Shown: in pieces, positions 41,892-54,890 of the stretch
Layout: each line of letters opens with the position of its first letter
Numbering within the stretch: the first letter of the stretch is position 1
DNA from: the human T2T-CHM13v2.0 reference genome, Homo sapiens
Assembly: GCF_009914755.1 (NCBI RefSeq)
Contig: NC_060926.1
Length of the DNA stretch: 64,000 bases
Reading direction: 5' to 3' (one strand)
Made by a program: the position numbers and the translations under genes
The notes under the pieces: generated by a model
Told to the model about the DNA's origin: nothing
The model's database searches: none
What the model saw: only the letters and a program-made list of their open reading frames with translations

Positions 41892-42519
41892 AAAAATCTC
41901 AATTTCCAACTATTTAGAAACAATTTCCAACTACTCATGCAGTGGATTTCCTGTGATTATACTCAAGTTTTTTAGATTTTAGCTCTGGATCTCAAAACCA
42001 GACAATGAAATTCATGAAAGCTCTGAGGAGAGGTGAGTGTTATTCTCCACCAGTTTGTGGACATGGATAAGTAACACAGATATTTCAGAAACGAAGAAAA
42101 CCTTTACTCCTTGTACAGCATGACCACCAATTTTGTGAAATGATTATAACTTTCTCTTTGCCAACAATGTCTTAGGAAATGACCGGGTGGTTCTCCTCTA
42201 CCATCCACAAACTAAGAAGAAGGTACAAATAGCTCTTCTTTATAGTATTCTAAGGAAAGACAGATTTCAAACTAGATAGATCAAAACACTGGTTATTTTC
42301 TGATCCCTAACAATATATGATGCTTTTGTATGTGAAGTCTCAGATAAAATCATATTTATATGATGGAAAGCATTATGATGGCAGAAAGGATAGAAAGTTT
42401 TGAATGTGTGAGATCTGACTCAAAATTTATCACTTACTATCATGTGACAGCCTATGTGCTTTCCATAGCTTACCACTTGATTTTTCTGGGCATTACTTTC
42501 CTCAAATGCACTTAAGAGG

Positions 42520-43372
42520 AATGAGCTATCACTTCACACCTATTAGAATAAGTATTATCAAAAATACAAAAAAAAAGTGTTAACAGGGATGTGGAGAAAA
42601 GGGAGCCCTGGTACACTGTTGGTAAAAATGTAAATTAATACAGCTATTATTAAAAAAAGAAGGTTCATCAAAAAATTAAAAATAGAACTACCATATGATC
42701 CAGTAGTCTCACTACTGAATATACAGCCAAAGGAAATAAAATCAGTATGTTGATGAGCTATCTACACTCTCATGTTCATTCCAGGATTATTCACAATAGA
42801 CAAGACATGGAATCAGCCTAAGTGTCCATCAAGTAAGGGAAAGAATGGATAAAGAAAATATGGTATATATACACAATGGAATACCATTCAGCCCTAAAAA
42901 GAGAAGAGAATCCTGTCATTTGCAACAATACAGATGAACCTGGAGGACATTTTACTAAGTAAGTCAGGCACAGAAAGACAAATATCATGGGATCTTACTT
43001 ATATATGAAATATGAAAAAGTTGAAGTCATGGAAGCAGAGGGTAGAATGATGATTACCAGAATTTTGGGAGCCAGGGGAATTGGGAAGATGTTGGTGAAA
43101 GGACACAAAATTTGACTTAGGGAGAAGGAGTAAGTTTGGGAGATCTATTGCATAACATGGTGACTACAGTTATTAGCTATGTATTGTATACCTGAAAATC
43201 ACGGACAGCAATTTTAAGCATTCTTACCACAAAAAAAAAAAATGATAAGAATGTGAGGTAATGCATATGTTAAATAGCTTGATTTAGCTGTTCTACAATG
43301 TATACATATTTCAAAACATCATTTTATATACCACAAATATATATAATTTTGTCAATAAAAATATTTTTTAAA
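42520..43372 (+). mobile_element. L1MA-type 3' end
   Basis: 'aaaaattaaaaatagaactaccatatgatccag' and 'gaggtaatgcatatgttaaatagcttgatttagc'. Confidence 0.9.
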
Positions 43373-44667
43373 ATAATGATAGATACTTCCTAAGATTGTT
43401 GTAAAATTCTAATAAGATAAATAAGGTATAACCCAGATATACAGTATCCTTTTATCTACTCAGCCTAACTCTGGTACGACACTGATAGAAAATTAAACTC
43501 CTTCACAAGCATCCACAGAAAATCCATTTATAGCAAGTATATTGTACTTTGGGTATTTTTACTGAAGATTTACGAAGTCTGAGGGGGTCACATCACACAA
43601 CACATAGCATTTCACTTATAGTTCTCTGTATGTTTTGTCCACAAGTTCTGTCTTCTCCTAACCTTGGGTTCAGCCTTACAAATGCTCCTTTCCTTCCTCT
43701 GGCATCCTCCTCACAGCCTGAATTGTCCCACCCTTGGTTACATGAACAATTCAGCCCAGCCTCAGCTTCTGCACTAAAAACACAGACCTTTCTCTAGCAA
43801 AATGGTCAGCAAATTACAGAACACACTGGAGAATTATAGCTAACTTGGCTTTTTTTCTACTACATAAGCAAATAATTTTCTTGATAAAGTGCTTAAGGAA
43901 AGTTACTTTTTTTCATTCATCCCTGTGGGAAATTGTATCAAAAAGAGAATTACCATTTCATGCCAAAGACAAAAAAAAACAAATATTGAATAATGATATA
44001 TTTTTATCTTTATACTTTTGTTTTCTAGCTTTACAATTTATTGTTTCAAATATTTCTAGTGTTCATGGTTAACCTACTCAGTAATAAAAAATAAAATATA
44101 ATGCATTGATACTCTTCAATGCAAGACCTGTGGGCAATAGTTGAATGAGCACAATTTTTATTGTTTTAGTTTGTGTTTAATTATTTTTATCTTTAATCTT
44201 TTTCTTTACTTATGAAATTCCACTTTTTGCTCTGCTTGGTGACTTAATTATTTCTAGAAAAAAGGATCCTTAACTGGAAAAGCTCTTCGAGGATTTTAGT
44301 TCCTTTGGCTATATTAAATCAAGCATGAGCCATATATCAGTGAAGCTTACTGAAGCTCTGAGATGATTAACAGAAATACAGTTTTTCGATTTACTTATCT
44401 TTCTAACACATGCCTTGCCTACTTTTGCATAGAAGTTATTAATTATATTGTATGATATTTAATTCTTAGACTACCTAATTTTAAATGTTAGCAAAGTATT
44501 TTTATTAGCATTAAATGATTCTCATAAAAGGAAAATGCTACCTTCTAAATTTCTGTGGCATAGTTTTCTCATTTTCCATTTGGGCATCTTTTTTCAAAAT
44601 ATCATAATTTATATAGTAAATGTATATATAAAAATTGAAACATGGAGTATCTTTTTAATTACGTTAG

Positions 44668-44975
<308 letters not shown>

Positions 44976-46194
44976 TAATTACATTATTTTTCAAATAAAA
45001 GAGAATGCTTTCTTCTAAAATTCCAATCTTCTGGAATTAATGCTATTATCCATAATTTGGAGGCAAATCTTACAGATTACTATTAGTTTACTCTGTTTTG
45101 ATTTTTAAACCTTCCTTTCTAAATACCCCCCAACTAATTTGTTAACTGAAAATACAAAAAAATACAGAAAGCTTTTTCCAAATAACACTATTCTTTTCAA
45201 TTGTTTATAACAACCCAACATCATGTAGCAATTGATTGTTTGCATGAGGTTTAACATTATGAAATTTTCACTTTTTAGGTCAAAATTAGCTGAATATCAG
45301 CAATTTAATATGGTTTAGACTAATAACTATCTTTCTGTCCCAGAAGCAAAATATTGATACATATTTCTTCCTATCAGTTACACAACAAAGCTGCTAGGAA
45401 ATTGCAGTAATCTGTCTCACACACACTACACAGAATGCTTATGATTTCAAATTTTTATCTCATCAACCAAGTTCTACATTTGTTTTCTCCAAATTAGGCG
45501 GTGTGTACTCTGAGAACAGAGTTGAAGATGATTGTGTTAGGGCTTTTATTCACTATGTGTAATAACCACCACATGCTATTTAATGTCATAATACTTACTG
45601 GATTACATGTCTGCTGAGATGTCTTAGACCCTGTTGCTCACTTACAGTAAATTGTGTCCTGTGAGGTTAAGGGCATAGAAAAATCTGGGAAGTTTTTTCT
45701 GGTTTTATGAATGACATCAGATTTCCAAAAGACTGCTAAATACGTGCTGGAGTTTTCAAGTACATGCTGACCATATTGCATAAAATTATTGTCCGATTGC
45801 CACATTTAAATTTTCCATAGGAATTGCTCAGTTATGAGTCACATTACATAAGTTTGACTCACTTAAGGCTCTAGCATTTTAGAAATCTACCTTATAAAAA
45901 ATATATTTAAACAAGTTGGAATATTTCTATATTGTTTCTGGAAAATAGCATCAGAACTTAGATTTAATATATTTTTAAAACCTTAGATTTATTTTCTCTT
46001 TTGCAATGATGTATTATTTCATACCTTCTGGTAGTTTTCTAAATTTTTGAGTTCTCATCTCATTTCTCTTGGATATATTACTTAAACTTCCTGCTCAATT
46101 GCCATAAATTCTGTCTAAAAAATAAGATCTTAATTTATTAGCATTTAGTTTTCTTATTTTGCTAATTTAGAAAAGGTATATTTTATGAATGCTC

Positions 46195-46420
46195 ATCACT
46201 GTAGCCTAAATTGATATTTGGAGTAAAACACATCTGCATTTGAATCTCAGCTATGCCATGCATCAACTATAAAACTTTGGGGACATTATTTTGCCACTCC
46301 AACTCTATTTTCTCATTTGTGCGATGAAGATAATAAAAACTACATGTAGAAATGAAACTAGGCAATATATAAAATACATAATTTGGGGACCAAACTATAC
46401 TAAGTGATGAATAAAATCAC
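46195..46420 (+). mobile_element. MIR relic
   Basis: 'tttgaatctcagctatgcca' and 'ttttctcatttgtgcgatgaagataataa'. Confidence 0.6.
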
Positions 46421-46660
46421 TAATTATTAATAGCATTAATATTGTTTACCCAAAATCGAAAACAAGAAGCCCTCTGACCATAGGTCTTTTAATTATCTAA
46501 GGACTATATACAAATGTAAGCCAATCAAAATGTTCTTAACATGACCCCAAGATTCATGGAAGCTCATCAGAAAATTAAGGTAAATCAAGTAAGCAAAAAC
46601 AAGTATGGCTTGTTTCATAAAATAACAGGTTGAAAACGCAAAGGCTGGGTTAATTATTAC

Positions 46661-46708
46661 CTGCGAGTTCGGGTCAATCACCATAAATTGTTGCCGCTCT
46701 CTATACCC
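46661..46708 (-). other. Candidate 48-nt exon (GYRERQQFMVIDPNSQ in its only open frame)
   Basis: tttggctcttaag|GGGTAT...TCGCAG|gtaata; 3 CpGs in 48 nt of non-repeat, CpG-poor DNA; peptide not recognised. Confidence 0.25.
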
Positions 46709-49079
46709 CTTAAGAGCCAAACATCACAGACATTACAAAGGCATATCTAGCCATTTTTCCTAGACTTAAGAATCAGGGGATGCAGGAGTCTTTTCAGGTT
46801 ATAGTTTGGGAAGACACTAGGTTTTAGAAACAAGAAAAGCCCTGCTAGCCACAAAGTATACCAGGATTCTACGGACACACAATATATTTTTAAATAAAAT
46901 CAAAGTATATTGTTCCATATTGTCATCAGATACAGATACTCATAGATCCATAGATCCAATGTCTTCATCACAGACTCACTAAAACTATTCTAAAAGAATA
47001 GCCAATTGTCAATGCCTCTATGTATTACTTGACAAAATACACTGGGCAAAACAGTGATGATCTGCAAGTCCCCTTTGGCAGTATATGCATTTGGGTTTGG
47101 AGTCAGGGACTTTCTTTTCCCTTCAGGAAAAATTGAAATCTATTTTTCCTGGGTGGGAACAAGGAGGTCAATAGTGCCCCCAGAAATGTTACCTTTACTA
47201 TTAAGTATAAAAGGTTTTTTTCTAGGAAAATAAATAGTCCCACTCCCAGAATGCCAGCAGCTGACACTGAAAGTTCAGGCAAGAACAAGAAACCACAGAA
47301 ACCTTGGAGATGCACTGCTAAGTCGCTACAAAACAACTTTAGGGAATATTTTCTACCACATTTCTTCTAAATCACAATCTGATAGTGTTTTTCTTATATT
47401 CCTTCTCTCGATAAGCTGAACCAGATATTCTACATCTGGTCAGACATTGGGCAGTAGCTAGTTTCAGGAAAAAATATTTCACCCTCATTGGAGAATTAAA
47501 ACTTGCTTAATTTCTGGAAAATTAATTAAGTATTTCTCAATTACGGTAGATATTTTCATCTTATTGGTTTTTATACAGGAAATTTTGATGGAGGATAGTG
47601 AATGGCATTACCTTCTTGCTTGGTTAATAATTAAGGAGAACATTCAGTCAGTCAGTCAAGAAAACGTATTGTATATCAGCAATCTGCAAAGCATACTTCT
47701 TGGAAGAAACAGAAAATTAAACATCATAAGTCATAAACCATGTTTTCAAATAGTTTTTAGAATTTTTTCTTTGCCTTTACTCTTAAAATCCATTATAAAG
47801 AGTCTAACATTAGATTTTTCTTATATCCTGTTTGGCACACTCCGAGCTTTCAACCTGAATTCTTTCATTTTTCTTTGGTTTTTGAAAATCCCATGTAATT
47901 ACTTCTTGAAATATTTTTATTTCTTCTTTTCTTTTTTCTCTCTCTAGGACTGCTCTTAGATACTGATACTTCTTTTGTTCTCCATATCACTGAACTATTT
48001 TCTCATCATTCTATTACTTTATTCTAATGCCTTCTAGGAGAGTTCACTGACCTAATATTTTAGCTCATTACTTCTTTAGTTGTATCTATTTTTTGATTTA
48101 TTATTTTAGCAGTCATGTTTTCATAACTATCATCTCTAATTGGTCCTTCTTCATAAGAGTTTATTTTTGCCCTACATTTTGGTTACATTTCTTTAGATCT
48201 CTGAAAATACCTATTATACTTGTTTTAAATTACTTTTATCTGTTTAATTTGCTCTTCCTCTATAATGTGTTATTCAAGAAAATAACATCAAGAAATACGA
48301 ATATCCTTAAATTAAATGCACTACCTTTGTTTTCCAACTCTATTTTAATTTTATATTTTAAAAATTCTAGTTTAAAAGAACAGAAGAAAGATGAGAAGGA
48401 AAGAAAGAAAGAATAAGACGAACTAGCATACCCTACTATGGCAAGAACTTGATAAAGAAAAGGGAAGGAATATATACTGAAGAAAGATAAGTATTCAAGA
48501 TAAAAGGAATGGCAATAATTAAGCTTATAAAGTGAGAGTAAAAAAAAGAAACACAGACTTCTAGATGATAGCAAAGAGAAATCTAAATGACAGATATTTA
48601 AATGACGGATATTTTAGAAAAGAAACCTATGTCATATTAATAGAAAAACAATCATTTTCAATTGGGTGGTATATACAAAAGTTGCATAGATAGTTATAGA
48701 TATTGATATAGATATATACACAATGTTGGCCAAAATCTTTACAGGGAAGATAGCATTTTTGTAAAAAAAAAAAAAAAAATCAGACAAGCCACAAACACTT
48801 TCAGACCAGATATCAAACCTAATTTTTAAAAAGTAAATCAAAACAAAATTTAAAAGTTAAAGATGTATTATTTTTATAGCTAGAGTATTATAAGATAGTT
48901 TATTTTTTAAAGTCTACAAAAATTGCTGAATTGAACTTTTGTCATTGCAAGTGTAACAGGATGCAATGTCTAAAATAATTTACAAGAACAAGACAGTTAG
49001 GAAGATATACTACTGGGCAAGAGAAAACTTGAAATTATTTATAAATAGATTTGATGCAAAAGTTTATTCAAATGAAAAC

Positions 49080-49459
49080 TACTATAAACTGAATATCTGT
49101 GCCCCCTCAAAATTCAAATGTTGACATCTAATCCCCAGTGTGGTGGTATTTAGAGGTGGGGCCTTTGGGAGGTCATTAGGTCATGAGGGTGGAGCCCTCA
49201 TGAATAAAATTAGTGCCCTTATAGAAGAGACCCAAGAGAGCTCTCTCATCCATTCAAGCATGTAAAGTTACAGAGAGAAGACAGCTGTCTATGAACCAAG
49301 AAGGAGACCCTCACCAGATACCAAATTTGGTTCCATGCTCTTGTACTTCCCAACCTCCAGAATTGTGAGAAACGAATTTTTGGTGCGTATAAGTCACTCA
49401 GTTTATCTTATTTTGTTTATCTTATTATCTTATTATGGAAGCCTAAATGAACTAAGACA
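49080..49459 (+). mobile_element. MaLR solo LTR (MLT1A-like)
   Basis: 'gaggtggggcctttgggaggtcattaggtcatgagggtggagccctcatgaat' and end 'gaactaagaca'. Confidence 0.9.
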
Positions 49460-50162
49460 GAAAGTTTAAATTAGTTATTTTAATTTAAGCTTATCGTTCC
49501 AGCACAGATTTTCTTTTCCCTGAACTTTCATGATCCGTGTGCTTTCCTACAATAATTTAATAATTTCATTTAAACATTTTGCAGCATTTATTTTGCTATA
49601 CTATAAATACCCTGTCAAGCTCACTCTTGTAGGTATAGGTGCTTCTACTTCCTACTATGCTTGAAATTACTGTGCAAACTCTCTAAATCCATTTTTTGTC
49701 TTATTTCTTACATTTTGCAAAATATGAAGGAATATACAATAAGAATTTGTATTATACAGGTCTTTAGTGATAAATCATAAAAGAACAAAGCAGGAGACCT
49801 AGAGTATGACTTGTTTCAGAGAATTTTCTAATTCATTATAGCCCCAAAATGAGTATCTCCAATGTTGTATCAATCAATTCTGTATTTTCCAGGACAAGGT
49901 ATATACATTTTACATTTGGGAAAATACTGTGAAATATTTCTTATATTGAATAAGTCAAATAGATCAACTGAGGTTCATAGCCTTAATAACTTCTACACAT
50001 CTTAGGGATAAGACCCAAGCAAACAATTTCCCAGCAAGAATACAATTCTCAATGGAGAAGAAGCAACTATTTTACTTTGGACTCACCTGAACTCTTCCAC
50101 TTAAGAAAGCACAGGATTATAGTTTATGGTTAACCAGTAATTCTAATACTATTCAATAAATA

Positions 50163-50242
50163 TTAGGTCAGTGCAAAAGTTATTGTAGTTTTTGCCACTG
50201 AAAGTAACAGCAAAAACCACAATAACTTTTGCACCAATCTAA
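50163..50242. mobile_element. MADE1 (80-bp Hsmar1-derived palindromic MITE)
   Basis: ta|ttaggtcagtgcaaaagttattgtagtttttgc...gcaaaaaccacaataacttttgcaccaatctaa|ta; 80 bp with TA TSD. Confidence 0.92.
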
Positions 50243-51134
50243 TACATTATTTTTCTTATGTAATGCATAAAAGTGAATTTTTAACAATATATTTGCACGT
50301 TGTGTGGTTAATTTGCATTATTTACCATAAATTTGAATATTCATTATATCTCTTAATCTTTAAAAAATTCTATGAGATTGTCAGAATGGATTTTTTATTA
50401 TTATTTCCATTTTACAAATGAAAACCTAAAATGTAACTAAATCAAGTGCAATGCTCCCTGCAATATAACTAGTAAATGGTGGAATTAGGCAAGATGTCTA
50501 AACAGAAATTAGATTGAATGTCAAAACAGTTCATCATAAGCAGTAAGAGTTTAAAGAACTTGGACTTAATGCATCAAACCACTGACCCAAAAATGCCACA
50601 TGGTTATGAATAATTAGGAGAGAACCATGGCTGTGTGGCCTGCCTAGTGTAAAATTGCAATGAATGGAGCTGCTTATATGAGTAATAGACTTTGAGTTTA
50701 CTGGATATTTAACAGACAGTATCTCAAAAAGTCAGACTCTCCAAATAGTGACAAAAGAAGAATAATATGGCAGTTGTCACCAACTCATCTTCATGTTTGA
50801 TTCATGAGGCAAAGAAATATTTTGATTAATAACTACTCTCTATGATCAGAATGATTGCCAGTAATAACATCTCTAAAAGCAGTAAGTTCAACTGTCTTTA
50901 AAAATTAATTCATTTAACAAATATTTACTGTGTACTACAAGCAGGACTACTCTAAGGAGATATAGCAATGTACAAAACAAAGTCCCTGATCTTTCAGACT
51001 TATATTCCTCTGATAGCATCAATAAGTAAGAAACTAATAAGTACATAAGGGCCATTAACAAGAGTAAATTCTTTACACATCAGAGGCAGGCACTGGAACC
51101 CTACACTACGAAACACATTAATATTCCCATTATA

Positions 51135-51445
51135 GGCTGGGCGCACTGGCTCATGCCTGTAATCCCAGCACTTCGGGAGGCCGAGAAGGGTGGATCACCT
51201 GAGGTCAGGAGTTCAAGACAAGCCTGGCTAACATGGCAAAACCCCGTCTCTACCAAAAAATACAAAAATTAGCCAGGCGTAGTGGTGGGCACCTGTAATC
51301 CCAGCCACTCCGGAGGCTGAGGCAGGCAGAATTGTTAGAACCCTGGAGGCAGAGGTGGCAGTGAACCAAGATCACGCCACTGTACTCCAGCCTGGGCAAA
51401 AGAGCAAGACTCCATCTCAAGTATATAAATAAATATATATATATA
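51135..51445 (+). mobile_element. AluS (Sx/Sz-like) with (TA)-degenerate tail
   Basis: Full dimer with 'ggatcacctgaggtcaggagttc'; flanking ccattat repeat. Confidence 0.95.
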
Positions 51446-52404
51446 TCCATTATTAATAATCAAAGCATAAAAATATAACAAAGAAAGATTAAATAAAATT
51501 TGATTACATAATTTCTATGCCTCTATGCTAGCATTTTATTCAGCTCTAGAAATATATAGCATATTATCATGTATTTAAAATATTCAAATTGTTTCCCAGT
51601 GACTGGAATGTTAGTGCAAAGGTAAAATGCTGCTAAACATTTCAAAAGAAGCATGATAGTATAAAACAAGTAGAAACGTTGGAAATAAGCACCATTAATT
51701 TCATTCCTGTATCTTCCAGCTTCTCTGATGCAGTCACTTGCTCCCAAATGTTGCACTTGTAATACTGAAATAATAAAACTGATCAGAGTAAAGAAATTTA
51801 TTAGGCAGAGAGGCTAACAGAGGACACACTAACACTAAGAAATTTCATATGACAACATACAAAATTAGTCTGTGTTCATCTTTAGTATATGTAAATGAAA
51901 TGTATTCATTTTAGCATACCATTTTAGCCTTCCATTCTTGTTTTATACTGTCTGTCTACATTGATGCCTGGGTTCATCTTTTCTAGGTCATTGATTTTGA
52001 TCTGTGAGTAGAATATTGAGCACAAGAGATTAGAACAAGTGGGTGGGATCAAACTAAATTGCTAGGTTCAATAGAGCTTTTGTGCCTCATGATCTTTAAC
52101 ACTCTAGAAATACTTAAATTCTAGGATAAATTCAAAATATTTACTATAGGTGCTAAAAATAACATGTATCATATTTTCTGTTAAAATCAACTTCAAGAAT
52201 ATAAAAGACTACTATTATACCCCGAGTTAGGAATATAAGCAACATTCAATCACTGTCTACTCAATTTAACAAATATATAAATAAATTTCCTCCTGTGGCA
52301 ACAAAATAGGTAAGTATTTTTAGTTAAATATGAAGGGATAAAGAGCTATGGAGTCTTCATGTGGGGAAATATAGTACTGAATTAGTAAATGCTGTTGACT
52401 TGTT

Positions 52405-52575
52405 TGAAAATAAAGAGGAAGGAAAGAGGAAGAAAGGGAGGAAAGAAGGAAAGAAGGAAAGAAGAGGGGGAGAAAAAAGGGAAGAAGGAGAGAAGATAAA
52501 GAGAAAAGGAACCAGGGAAGGAAAGGACAACAAAGGCAGCAAAGGAGAAAAGATAAAATTTAAAGAAAAGAGAAA
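52405..52575. repeat. GA-rich polypurine tract
   Basis: ~170 bp almost purine-only; gives K/E/R/G-rich and F/L/S/P-rich pseudo-ORFs. Confidence 0.85.
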
Positions 52576-52629
52576 ACGTTACCCTATGCAATTTTTTTGA
52601 AAGAGCAAAAAGTGAGCTTAACTCAATCT

Positions 52630-53075
52630 CTGTGGTCTTCCTCCCAAGAACTCATAACCCCAGTCTAATCATGAGACAAAAATAAAACAAATACTAATTG
52701 AACAATTCTACAGGACATCTGACTAGTACTTCTCAAAACTATAAAGATCATCAAAAACAGGGAAAATCTGAGAATGTCACAGTCAAAAGGAACCTAAGAA
52801 AATCTGATGACTACATGTAATGTGGTATCTCAGATGAGATCTTGAAACAAAAAAAAAGGGGGATTTTAGGAAAAAACTAAGGAAATTTGAATCAAGTATG
52901 AACTTACTTAATAATAAAACATCAATACTGGTTCATTAATTGTGACAAATGTGCCATGTCAATAAAAGACATTAAATATAGAGGAAATTAGGTGTGGGAT
53001 ATATGGAAACTACTATCTTTACAAATCTTCCATAAATTAAATTGAATAATTCTAAAATTAGAAGTTTATTTTTAA
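52630..53075 (+). mobile_element. Old L1 3' UTR (L1MC/MD-like)
   Basis: 'cataaccccagtctaatcatgag' and 'ggttcattaattgtgacaaatgtgcca'. Confidence 0.75.
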
Positions 53076-53518
53076 AATATGAGCCTAAAATTCACTCTAC
53101 CAACTTCAAAAAATACCACATGAATCCAGAGTTGGTCTCTAATCTGAACCACATTCACCATTAATCTGGAAATATGTACTAAAATTACATGTTAGAAAAA
53201 ATAATGCTGCTTAGCCTAACTAGTCAGAATCAGAATCAAGTTTCTTAGAATAGTTGGCAAGAAACAATTCAGGTCATGAATAAGCATACTGATATTTATT
53301 GATATTTATATGCTCATATCATACATTGCTTATATCATATATATGATATGCTTATGTCATATATTGATATTTATAGTTTTTTCAAAGCAAAATAGGTAAC
53401 AATTAGTTGGAAAACAAAAGTGTTTTAATTCTAATTTTAATTATCAAATATTCCTAATCAATGACCACTTTTATGTTTAATATGGCATCCAAATATATCC
53501 AGTTCTTGCAAACTCAAG

Positions 53519-53898
53519 TATATTAGTCCATTCTCAAACTGCGATCAAGAACTACCTAAGACTGAGAAATTTAAGAAGAAAAGAGGTATAATTGATTCAC
53601 AGTTCCTCAGGCTATATAGGAAGCATGGCTGGGAGGCCTCAGGAAACTTACAATCATGGTGGAAGGTGAAGGGGAAGCAAACACATCTTACTACGGCAGA
53701 GCAAGAGAGACAGAGAGAAGGGGGAAATGCTACACCCTTTTAAACAACCAGATCTCATGAGAACTCCATCACAAGAACAGCAAGGGGGAAGTCCGCCCCC
53801 ATGATTCAATCACTTCCCACCAGGCCCCTCCTACAATACATGGGGGGATTACAATTCAACATGAGATATGGGTGGGGACACAGAGACAAACCATATCA
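53519..53898 (-). mobile_element. MST-type MaLR solo LTR
   Basis: 'tattagtccattctc', 'ggaagcatggctgggaggcctcaggaaacttacaatcatgg' and end 'caaaccatatca'; TSD tcaag/ccaag. Confidence 0.92.
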
Positions 53899-53926
53899 CC
53901 AAGTATTGACTAATTGACTAATATAG

Positions 53927-54139
53927 AGTATATGTTGCTTAACAACAGGGATATTTTCTTAGAAATGCACATGTAGGTGATTTTGATACTGTGAAAACAT
54001 ACAGTGTACTTATACAAACGTAGATAGTATAGCCTACTACACGCACAGGCTGTAGGGTATAGCCCATTGCTCTGACCACTGTTGTTCATGCAGTCCATTG
54101 TTGACTACTGTTCATGCCTTGTTATGTGGCACATGACTG
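53927..54139. mobile_element. Tigger3a-like element, internally deleted
   Basis: 'gttgcttaacaacagggatat', 'gtatagcctactacac' and end 'gttatgtggcacatgactg|ta'. Confidence 0.75.
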
Positions 54140-54303
54140 TATAAGGTATGCTTGGATAACAAGTACTTTGCTGGGGTGTTTTATTACTTGATATGGGGTA
54201 ATTCTTGTTGTTATTGTTTATTTTATGAATTCCCTTCCTCTATGACATCCATATGGACACCCCTGAGTCAGCCTTCAGTGTACTACTTTGTGAGCATGCA
54301 CAT

Positions 54304-54304
<1 letters not shown>

Positions 54305-54350
<46 letters not shown>
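54305..54350. repeat. (GT)23 microsatellite
   Basis: Perfect dinucleotide run. Confidence 0.97.
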
Positions 54351-54351
<1 letters not shown>

Positions 54352-54689
54352 TAGAAAAGAGTTCTCTTGAGGCTATATTCTTTATGAAGGAAGAAAGATA
54401 AAAACACAGAGCAAGGCAGTATGAACCCCTCTGCTTGTTCCTGCCCCTGAATGTGAGCATCTTCTTCTGAGACAGACCACTGTGACAAAAGTTGGCACTG
54501 TTCCCCTAATGCCAGACCACATTTCAAAACTTTCCCCAAGGCTCGACAAATCACAACTCTATTTTACCTGTTAAAGCCCTGAACCCACCAATACCTAAAC
54601 ATTGCTCCTAATTCCAGGACCTGCACCTCCAGAGAAAGTTAAGACAATCTGAAAAGGCCCCCTGAATTCTGACTAATAATAACCTACAT

Positions 54690-54890
54690 CTACAGTGCAA
54701 TTTCCCATCTGTATTATTTCATTGGGTGCTCACAAAAATCTCATAAGATGAGCAAGGCAAGAAATGTTTATTTTATAGAAAGAGAAAACTGAAGTTGAGA
54801 TGAAATAGCTGATTTCCAGAAGGTCACATACCACAGCTACCACGGCAGAACAAGCAAGATCCCAGGTCATCTAACTTGATATTTTCCCAC
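54690..54890 (-). mobile_element. MIR relic
   Basis: 'attttatagaaagagaaaactgaagttgaga' and 'aaggtcacata'. Confidence 0.6.

Noticed and set aside
47905-47950. Very strong plus-strand polypyrimidine tract plus AG
   Set aside because: Embedded in T-rich sequence resembling an old antisense L1; no plausible donor or frame downstream
52357-52600. K/E/R/G-rich and F/L/S/P-rich ORFs
   Set aside because: Translations of a GA low-complexity tract
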